DNA of 42,685 nucleotides from a virus (Duplodnaviria; Heunggongvirae; Uroviricota; Caudoviricetes): IMG/VR virus record IMGVR_UViG_2563366963_000007; one strand, 5' to 3'. Shown piece by piece: positions 36,488 to 42,685 of this stretch (position 1 is its first letter; each line of letters starts with the position of its first letter). The notes under the pieces were generated by a model. It saw only the letters and a program-made list of their open reading frames with translations, ran no database searches and was not told where the DNA came from. The position numbers and the translations under genes were made by a program.

Positions 36488-36901
36488 ATGAACACAAAAA
36501 CGAAAAACATGGCTTTTGCTAGCCGACTACAACGGATTCTAAAAGACTTAGGCTGGTCTCAATCTGAGTTAGCTCGCCATATTGGGGTTACGGCTCAATC
36601 AGTTCAGGCATGGTGTAATGGGGTAACTCCAAGAAAAGATAAATTAGACAAGCTAGCAAAAGTGACCGGATACCCTGTTCATTTTTTCTTCATGAATGAA
36701 GGGGAATATTTGGATGAATCCACACTACACCCGGGTAATTACAATCAAGAACTAACCCCGCAAGAACAGGCTCTACTGCAACTATTCAGAGGACTGCCTG
36801 AGAGCGAAAAAAATAAATTAATCAATGAGCTAAAAGAAAAAAGAGAGCACTTCGATCTACTGCTAAAAGAACTACTTGAAGCCAAAAACCAGACAAAATA
36901 G
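36488..36901 (+). CDS. CI-like repressor (XRE-family HTH, no S24 peptidase domain)
   Basis: N-terminal XRE-type helix-turn-helix (LGWSQSELARHIGVTAQSVQAWCNG); C-terminal 70 aa lack any Ser-Lys autopeptidase motif. Start uncertain (TTG 36473, ATG 36488 or ATG 36509). Confidence 0.7.
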   Translation: MNTKTKNMAFASRLQRILKDLGWSQSELARHIGVTAQSVQAWCNGVTPRKDKLDKLAKVTGYPVHFFFMNEGEYLDESTLHPGNYNQELTPQEQALLQLFRGLPESEKNKLINELKEKREHFDLLLKELLEAKNQTK

Positions 36902-36994
36902 TTCAGTTCAAATTTCCAGGCCAGCCGCTGCTGGCATGCAACTTTCCCCTAACACAAAAACACCTTTACACAGTGAATATTTTTTTGCCCCTCA

Positions 36995-37048
36995 CTACAA
37001 ATTATTTTTTAAAAACACATTGACCATTACAAATACAAATTGTAAAGT
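36995..37048 (+). promoter_or_regulatory. left operator / PL-like promoter
   Basis: TTGACC (37020-37025), 17-bp spacer, TAAAGT (37043-37048); the spacer carries ATTACAAAT plus the palindrome TTACAA-N7-TTGTAA; a further CTACAAATTA half-site lies at 36995. Confidence 0.5.
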
Positions 37049-37612
37049 CACTTTCATCAACAACGCTTACCCAGCGGCAGTTGTTCAGAAACACGTTCTG
37101 ACAGCCGGAAAGACGGCACCAAATTTTGCGCGTCGGCGCCAACACGGTGACAGAGGGAAAGACTTCACCGGCATATGGCACATGTGTCGAAGCGGTCTGG
37201 ATGGAAGCGGAGCCTTAACGCGTTGTCTCCATAGCAGGTAGCCGGAATGTGCAAGCCACAGCCAGGTATGAGCGATTGATTCACCATCAAGGCGATACGG
37301 TGTGACCACCAGGGAAGAGTCCTGGCTACAACACGAGAGCGCACTTCATCGACTCAACTTTGAGCTTTGTCGTTAAATTTTGAAATGGCGGAGTGCGCTC
37401 CCGGTTGTGGTGAACAGGTGTTTAACGGGAACTCCCTGCCCGTTACCCGGTTCGATTCCGGGCGCCCATCATCAATTTGCTGTGTTTAGTCTTTGCCCAG
37501 TCCGCACGATGGGCCATTTTTTCACACAGCCAGGTTTTATCGCTGTGCCTGAGTCCCCAACAGGAGAGGCCAAACCCGCAGCGTGACACCAGGGAAAGAC
37601 CGGAGGAAGTAC

Positions 37613-37629
37613 CACGCCTGACCAGCGTT
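37613..37629 (+). repeat. CUGACCA-loop hairpin, copy 3
   Basis: Plus-strand ACGC-CUGACCA-GCGU; shares the exact 13-mer CGCCTGACCAGCG with copies 1 and 2. Confidence 0.55.
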
Positions 37630-37635
37630 GACCAT

Positions 37636-37650
37636 GAGCCTGACCAGCTC
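37636..37650 (+). repeat. CUGACCA-loop hairpin, copy 4
   Basis: GAGC-CUGACCA-GCUC. Confidence 0.55.
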
Positions 37651-37670
37651 AAAACAGGAAAGACCAGCCC

Positions 37671-37685
37671 GGGCCTGACCAGCCC
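37671..37685 (+). repeat. CUGACCA-loop hairpin, copy 5
   Basis: GGGC-CUGACCA-GCCC. Confidence 0.55.
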
Positions 37686-37740
37686 TGTACGGTCGTAATG
37701 GAAACATAACGACGCCGGAAACGTAACCGGCACCCTTTAG

Positions 37741-37766
37741 ATAGCAAAAGACCCGCACAAGGCGGG
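37741..37766 (-). terminator. minus-strand intrinsic terminator-like hairpin with no cognate gene
   Basis: Minus-strand RNA CCCGC-CUUGU-GCGGG followed by UCUUUUGCUAU; the plus-strand reading has no U-tract. Confidence 0.35.
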
Positions 37767-37803
37767 CCAGTTACCCCGAACGGCGACCAAACCATTCGGA
37801 TTT

Positions 37804-37839
37804 ATCACAAGTGACCAAACTTGTGATGAGGAAAGACCA
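37804..37839 (+). repeat. 8-bp hairpin with UGACCA-containing loop fused to an orphan GAGGAAAGACCA motif
   Basis: ATCACAAG-TGACCAAA-CTTGTGAT at 37804-37827, then GAGGAAAGACCA at 37828-37839, but the nearest in-frame ATG is too far for a normal ribosome-binding-site spacing. Confidence 0.45.
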
Positions 37840-37911
37840 ACGACACTGACGCTATGGAAGCTGATCAATATTCGCTGATCGGCTCTGAGTATACATTACC
37901 AAGGAGTCGCT

Positions 37912-38232
37912 ATGGAAGCGCGCACCATCCCAGTAACACTCTTTATTCATTATGCAACTTCAACTTTCAGCCACGAAAAGCTGCTTGTTGCGACTGTTGA
38001 TATGTCAAAAAATTTTCCAGACAGGTACATCCTTCTGGAAAGCCGCGAAATTGAAATTACCGTTAACCAGCCCGAGCCAATCGACATCATCGGTTTACAG
38101 GTCGAGCAACTGCGTGAACAAAAACAGAAAACAGTCGCCGACGCCCAACAGCGTATTGCTGCTATCGATGACAAAATCCAGCAGTTACTTTGCATCGAAT
38201 ACACGCCAGATACCGATGAGCTCCCCTACTAA
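37912..38232 (+). CDS. hypothetical protein (first early-left gene)
   Basis: 106-aa ORF with AAGGAG upstream; C-terminal coiled-coil-like segment; no Arg-rich N-like motif. Confidence 0.5.
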   Translation: MEARTIPVTLFIHYATSTFSHEKLLVATVDMSKNFPDRYILLESREIEITVNQPEPIDIIGLQVEQLREQKQKTVADAQQRIAAIDDKIQQLLCIEYTPDTDELPY

Positions 38233-38262
38233 AAACCACTGACCTGTAATGAGGAAAGACCA

Positions 38263-40479
38263 ATGACCATTTTTAACGGCTTGTTAGAAGCGAAAAAAGG
38301 CGCGCTCAAAAACGGCGCGATCCCGGCGCTGGCCATCGCCATCGCCGCCCCTAACAAAAAAGTTGCCGAGAACATCATCATCGGCAAATTGTGGGAAGCC
38401 TACCCTGACCACGGCGACAACTATTTCAAACCTAAAATCTGGGAAGATGCCCCGGGCCAACCGCGCCCAGGCGTCGGTGAGTTTGATGAGACGTTTGCCA
38501 CAGAACACAGTTTTGATGGCGAAAAATGGGTAGTTAACACTCCTGTTGATTCAGATTGCAGTTCAGCAGATATCTCACAGGTTAGCGACCTGATGAAACT
38601 GCCGGCTCGTGAACGATTCGCCGCCGTTCTGCTGTTCAGCCACGACGCCAACGAAGTCGACAGTGAATTGCTTGTGCAGACGCGTGAATACCTGGAGATG
38701 CTCGATAACAGTGATACTGACAGTGAGGATGAGGTTGACGCGTTTAACCGCATCGTTCTTGATGCCATGGTGGCGTGTAAGCCCATCGAGTACATGCATA
38801 TTGCTGGATTGAATAATCTGGTACATGCAATTTTGGCAAGTTGCGATACCCAGGAACAAAACCCGACCAGTTGGACTATCTCCAAATTTATAAAAAAATG
38901 GGTAGAGAATCCCGGTAAACGAGATGAAATGCTGCCGGAGGTAAAACCAGAAACAGCATCCGCACGTCCTTACAAACAGACTCACGCCACTCTGGATCGT
39001 GAAATTGCCTGCGCCCTGTTACCTGTTGCCCCGGAAAAAATCACCCCCAGCATCCTGAAAGCGGCAGACGAAATAATCAGTCAGGACAGGGAAGATTTTA
39101 AACGCTGGTCAATGGCCTTGCGCACAACGGATCAGATCCTTGCCTATGACCGCGCATCAGTATTCGGTGTTATTCAGAGCGCCCCCGCAAAAGACACGTA
39201 CCACTTCCCACAATCCCTGCGCAGTCACATCGACAACTGGCTGCAAGCTAACGGGCAGCGTGATGCAAATGCTGTTGAAGAGAAGCCAAAGGAAGCAGCA
39301 CCCAAGGATGATGTAAAAGTCACCAACCACGGCGGCGGACGATTCTCAATTGATGGGATGATGTCAGAAACACCCTCAAATCAGGGCGAAAAAAGCGAAG
39401 CTGCAAATGCTGGAGAACGTAGTTTGCAGCAGTTGCGTGAGCAGTTTGTCACGCCTCGCCATGTGTATGACGTACCTGAAAATAACGCCGTATCACAGAG
39501 GGAACCTGCAGCTATTACCCTGGCAGAAGAGACTCCTCCACAAGAACAACTTAGCGAGCAGGTAAAGGATCTGGTGCAGAACGTTGACGCGCTGGTTGAG
39601 CGGATCCATGCCGAAGAGCACAAGCGGCAGAATGCAATCTCAGCTATCGAAACGGAGTTAAAGGACTCAGATGACACGGATAACCTGGCATTGTGGAAGA
39701 ACGTATTCAAAACCGATGAGCGCTTCACCAGTGCTTTCTCTCAGAATGGCGGCGGCACATCCATCAACGGCACTTATATAGCGATGAAAGCGACTCGCGA
39801 ATTTGGGCCATTTGGTATTGGCTGGGGGGTAGAGGTGCTGGAGGAGCGCTTTGATAAAGGCGCACCAATAGTTCGCAAAAAACAGGTTGGTGAAAAAATA
39901 GAATGGGATCTGATTCAAGACGGTGTTGGCGGGTACCTATGTGAAATGCACCACACCATGAAAGTGAGAGTCTGGTACATATTGAATGGGGTACGCGGTG
40001 AGTCCGAGGCTTACGGATGCACACCTTATATCTACGACACTAAATACGGACCAACAAGCGACGGCGAAGCACCGAAGAAATCCTGGACGGATGCTGTTAA
40101 GAAAGCGCTATCCCCTCTCGGATTCAGCGCCGATATTTTCATGGGCCTGTACGACAATCCGGAATACCGCCAGAGGAATAAAGCTGAGTTTGATATCAAG
40201 AATGCCAGCGAGAATGCGGAAGATGCTACCCGTCTGCGTAAGGAACTGGATGAGAAGCTTATCAACGTTGCCAATACGCTGGCCGCCGCGGTAACCGCCA
40301 ACGAAGTAAACAAGGTATTTGGCCTCATCGCCCGCGAAGTGGATGTACACAGGAAAGCAGCGGAAACCAAAGGCGATAAAGAATATTCATCGTATCTGGG
40401 ATCACGTCTGCGCCGTATCACCGACATTAAAACTGAACGCCTCGCCGCCCTTACCGCTGCACAGGAGCAAACAGCATGA
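38263..40479 (+). CDS. large recombination-module protein with ERF-like single-strand-annealing C-terminal domain (tentative)
   Basis: 738-aa ORF with GAGGAAAGACCA upstream; the C-terminal region (KKSWTDAVKKALSPLGFSADIF) resembles the conserved ERF-family segment as recalled; N-terminal approximately 400 aa of unknown function and a low-complexity linker. Confidence 0.4.
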   Translation: MTIFNGLLEAKKGALKNGAIPALAIAIAAPNKKVAENIIIGKLWEAYPDHGDNYFKPKIWEDAPGQPRPGVGEFDETFATEHSFDGEKWVVNTPVDSDCSSADISQVSDLMKLPARERFAAVLLFSHDANEVDSELLVQTREYLEMLDNSDTDSEDEVDAFNRIVLDAMVACKPIEYMHIAGLNNLVHAILASCDTQEQNPTSWTISKFIKKWVENPGKRDEMLPEVKPETASARPYKQTHATLDREIACALLPVAPEKITPSILKAADEIISQDREDFKRWSMALRTTDQILAYDRASVFGVIQSAPAKDTYHFPQSLRSHIDNWLQANGQRDANAVEEKPKEAAPKDDVKVTNHGGGRFSIDGMMSETPSNQGEKSEAANAGERSLQQLREQFVTPRHVYDVPENNAVSQREPAAITLAEETPPQEQLSEQVKDLVQNVDALVERIHAEEHKRQNAISAIETELKDSDDTDNLALWKNVFKTDERFTSAFSQNGGGTSINGTYIAMKATREFGPFGIGWGVEVLEERFDKGAPIVRKKQVGEKIEWDLIQDGVGGYLCEMHHTMKVRVWYILNGVRGESEAYGCTPYIYDTKYGPTSDGEAPKKSWTDAVKKALSPLGFSADIFMGLYDNPEYRQRNKAEFDIKNASENAEDATRLRKELDEKLINVANTLAAAVTANEVNKVFGLIAREVDVHRKAAETKGDKEYSSYLGSRLRRITDIKTERLAALTAAQEQTA

Positions 40480-41045
40480 GCACTGCTATCGCTATTGCAA
40501 AAGAATATGCCAGTCTGATTGACCTGTTAGAAACCGCCGATGAACTGACGCCAGAGATGATCGCCGACACGCTTGAAGGCATGGAAGGAGAACTGGGAGA
40601 CAAACTGGACGCCATGATGGTCATCTGCCGTAATTTACAGGGCAATGCCAATACCTGCGCTGAAGAAATGTCTCGCCTGGCAACCCGTAAGACGTCCTTT
40701 GAAGGCAAGGAAAAAGCAATTCGAAAGCATATGCTCACCTGCCTGCAAGCTGCTGGCCTGGATAAACTGAAAACCGCAAAAAACACATTTACTGATGCAC
40801 AGGGGGCTATCCGGGTAATTATCGATAGCAAAGATAAGATCCCGGATGAGTATGAGGGCGTGTCACTTGTTGATGTAGAAACGGTTATTACACCAAACAA
40901 GCGAGCCATTAAAGAAGTGATTGAATCTGCGGAGGCGGTTGCCGCCGAAATACTGGCGCGTGGAGAAACACCACCAGCCGAGTTATTAAACCCGGTACCA
41001 GGCGCACATCTGGAACGCGGCGAACGGTCACTGAGGATACGCTAA
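40476..41045 (+). CDS. Gp157-like protein (partner of phage annealing proteins)
   Basis: 189-aa ORF overlapping the upstream gene by 4 nt; N-terminal pattern EYASLIDLLETADELTPEMIADTLEGMEGEL resembles the Sipho_Gp157 family as recalled. Confidence 0.45.
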   Translation: MSTAIAIAKEYASLIDLLETADELTPEMIADTLEGMEGELGDKLDAMMVICRNLQGNANTCAEEMSRLATRKTSFEGKEKAIRKHMLTCLQAAGLDKLKTAKNTFTDAQGAIRVIIDSKDKIPDEYEGVSLVDVETVITPNKRAIKEVIESAEAVAAEILARGETPPAELLNPVPGAHLERGERSLRIR

Positions 41046-41227
41046 TGCTTAAACTCACATTAAAGCGTGGTGACGCGGTTCACCTGGTACTTGCCGATGG
41101 TACCAATGGCATTATTGAAGCACGGAGCCGCTGCGAACTTGGGCTACACCTGCCAGAAAACATTAAGGTCACTCGGGAGAAATCGGCATTCACCCCACAA
41201 GAACTGATTACGCCTAATCAGAAATAA
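41045..41227 (+). CDS. small CsrA-like protein (tentative)
   Basis: 60-aa ORF; gapless alignment to E. coli CsrA (61 aa) keeps ML.LT at the N-terminus, Gly9, Gly33, Pro37 and V-x-R-E at 42-45. Confidence 0.3.
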   Translation: MLKLTLKRGDAVHLVLADGTNGIIEARSRCELGLHLPENIKVTREKSAFTPQELITPNQK

Positions 41228-41276
41228 AAACTCACCATCGCTAGCATTGCGATTCACCAGACACCGGAGGATCACA

Positions 41277-41501
41277 ATGCTGCGATGGCAACCGGGAGCA
41301 ACTCTGCTCTCCGCATTTGATATCAAAATTGGTCGACTGTCGGCCAGCGTCAGGAAACAGACTTTGACCGAGTCTGATATTGCCCGTGCCTGCCAGAAGG
41401 CAGATGACGCAATAAGCTACATAATGAGGAAAGACCATGAAAAGCGATCACGACATAATCACCAGAGAAGAAATGGTCGAGCTGACGGGAAGCCCACTTA
41501 A
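41277..41501 (+). CDS. hypothetical protein
   Basis: ATG at 41277 preceded by GGAGG; 74 aa; overlaps the next gene by 65 nt, so one of the two may be mis-called. Confidence 0.3.
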   Translation: MLRWQPGATLLSAFDIKIGRLSASVRKQTLTESDIARACQKADDAISYIMRKDHEKRSRHNHQRRNGRADGKPT

Positions 41502-41700
41502 ATCAAAGCAATGTGAGGCTCTTCGCCGGGCTGGAATTTTCTTCATGGAAAGGGCTGACGGACACCCAAAAACAACCTGGGGCCATTTCATGAACCCAAT
41601 AAAATTTCGCAATTTACAGGAGGTGACGACGCGAAAAGATGATGAACCTGATTTTGGAGCAATATTTAATGGCCGGAAAGAGAAAGAACCCAGCAGATAA
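41437..41700 (+). CDS. putative excisionase-like protein (DUF4224-like)
   Basis: 87-aa ORF with GAGGAAAGACC upstream, directly before and overlapping the integrase gene; pattern ITREEMVELTGSPLKSKQCEALRRAGIFFMERADGHP resembles DUF4224. Confidence 0.5.
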   Translation: MKSDHDIITREEMVELTGSPLKSKQCEALRRAGIFFMERADGHPKTTWGHFMNPIKFRNLQEVTTRKDDEPDFGAIFNGRKEKEPSR

Positions 41701-42685
41701 CTGGATGCCGCCTCGTGTTTACCAGGGCAAAGCGGCCTACGAATTCAGGAATAAAGATAACAAAGCGATACGCCTGTGCGCATTGGATGCACCACGATCA
41801 GCCGTATGGCTGGCATATGAAAAAGCGGTCGGTGACGAAAAAGAAAGAAATACTTTTCAGGCGCTCACGGAACAATTCATGACCTCCCCTGATTTTATGG
41901 ATTTGGCAGTCGAAACCCGGAAAGACTACACAAAATATTCCGGAAAAGTTCTGCCTGTCTTCGGGAAGATCGACCCGGATAAAATCAAACCTGAACATAT
42001 TCGGCGCTATATGGATCAACGCGGTTTATCAAGCCGAACTCAGGCAAACAGGGAAAAAAGCTTTATGTCCCGGGTATTCCGTTGGGGTTATGAACGAGGT
42101 TATGTTCAGAGGAATCCTTGTCAGGGAGTTAAACAGTTTAAAGAGAAAGCTCGCGAACGTTATATTACGGATGAAGAATATCAGGCCGTTTATGAAGTGT
42201 CTCCTGATGTTGTTCGCGTAGCAATGGAGATTGCCTACTTATGCGTGGCCAGACAGAGTGATGTACTTTCATTGCAGAAAGACCAGCTGTTCGATTCCGG
42301 GATCTACATTCGTCAGGGAAAAACCGGCGTTAAGCAAATCAAAGCCTGGTCGCCTCGTCTGCAGAAAGCGATAGCTCTGGCTCGTTCTCTGCCATTAAAA
42401 ACGGGAATCAGTAGCCTGTTTGTGATTCATCAAACTACCGGTGGCAAGTATACCCGTGATGGTTTTAACTCTCGTTGGCGTGATGTCAAAGCGGCAGCAC
42501 AGGAAAAATATCCTCATCTGCAAATAGACTTCACATTTCATGATCTGAAAGCAAAAGGTATCTCTGATCTGGAAGGCAGCCTAGAAGAGAAGCAAGCAAT
42601 TTCCGGGCATAAGAACCCGCGACAGACAGCAGCATATGACCGGAAAGTTAAAGTAGTGCCCGTAGTTGGTGGCCAGAGAAAATGA
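41639..42685 (+). CDS. tyrosine integrase (phage integrase family)
   Basis: 348-aa ORF at the prophage edge with an Arg/His/Tyr catalytic-region pattern (HDLKAKG...GHKNPRQTAAYD); start may be the ATG at 41669. Confidence 0.85.
   Translation: MMNLILEQYLMAGKRKNPADNWMPPRVYQGKAAYEFRNKDNKAIRLCALDAPRSAVWLAYEKAVGDEKERNTFQALTEQFMTSPDFMDLAVETRKDYTKYSGKVLPVFGKIDPDKIKPEHIRRYMDQRGLSSRTQANREKSFMSRVFRWGYERGYVQRNPCQGVKQFKEKARERYITDEEYQAVYEVSPDVVRVAMEIAYLCVARQSDVLSLQKDQLFDSGIYIRQGKTGVKQIKAWSPRLQKAIALARSLPLKTGISSLFVIHQTTGGKYTRDGFNSRWRDVKAAAQEKYPHLQIDFTFHDLKAKGISDLEGSLEEKQAISGHKNPRQTAAYDRKVKVVPVVGGQRK

Noticed and set aside
36876-37241. 121-aa ORF on the plus strand
   Set aside because: It begins inside the cI 3' end and runs through the OL/PL operators and promoter; there is no ribosome-binding site and it is incompatible with the regulatory signals.
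37383-37470. tRNA-like motif: CCCGG-TTCGATT-CCGGG (37446-37462) looks like a T-arm followed by CGCCCAT
   Set aside because: The matching 5' acceptor strand pairs at only 5 of 7 positions, there is no credible D-arm or anticodon arm, and no CCA follows. More likely a chance structure or a decayed fragment.
37560-37690. Clustered short repeats (CCTGACCAGC three times, GAAAGACC several times) that could be mistaken for a small CRISPR-like array
   Set aside because: Repeats are only 10-13 nt, irregularly spaced (22 and 35 nt) and embedded in hairpins; no cas genes. Interpreted as RNA hairpin elements instead.
37057-37911. Search for an N-like antiterminator gene downstream of the PL-like promoter
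   Set aside because: The only Arg-rich stretch (ARRRQHGDRGKD) lies in a frame with no usable start after the transcript start and overlaps the hairpins; the other ORFs in the region have alternative starts and no ribosome-binding site.
38284-40427. Several minus-strand ORFs (38284..38508, 38421..38885, 38575..38985, 39381..39728, 40032..40427)
   Set aside because: They are entirely antisense to the well-supported 738-aa plus-strand gene and have low-complexity Ser/Cys-rich translations.

Overview
The whole 42.7-kb window is a single integrated temperate phage, read here in reverse of the usual lambda map. From left to right it contains: a contractile-tail module on the minus strand in the P2 / R-type-pyocin gene order (V-W-J-I-H-chaperone-sheath-tube-E-T-U-X-D); a lambda-type head and packaging module (terminase small and large, W, portal, C protease, D decoration, E major capsid, FI, FII); a lysis cassette; a Q-type late regulator with YbcN/YbcO-type nin genes; an AT-rich accessory region; replication genes (O-like initiator, DnaB-type helicase); a divergent Cro/CI switch with repeated ATTACAA operator half-sites; a plus-strand early-left operon (ERF-like recombination fusion protein, Gp157-like, CsrA-like, Xis-like); and a tyrosine integrase at the right edge. 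No att site is visible, and the leftmost gene (tail protein D) runs off the window. An intact 1057-bp IS903-family element with a 9-bp target duplication splits the tail assembly chaperone gene, so the tail module is probably defective. The most interesting unexplained signals are: (1) at least five copies of a small hairpin with an invariant CUGACCA loop and compensatory stem changes, all in the sense orientation of early transcripts; (2) an accessory cassette of a small HTH-like protein, an ImmA/IrrE-type metallopeptidase and a protein with a C-terminal two-helix membrane anchor; and (3) immediately downstream, a low-GC island flanked by an approximately 72-bp direct repeat that duplicates the 3' end of that membrane-protein gene and carries an orphan membrane protein and a DUF1311-like lipoprotein. 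All protein family assignments are from reading the translations, gene order and motifs; no database search was run.
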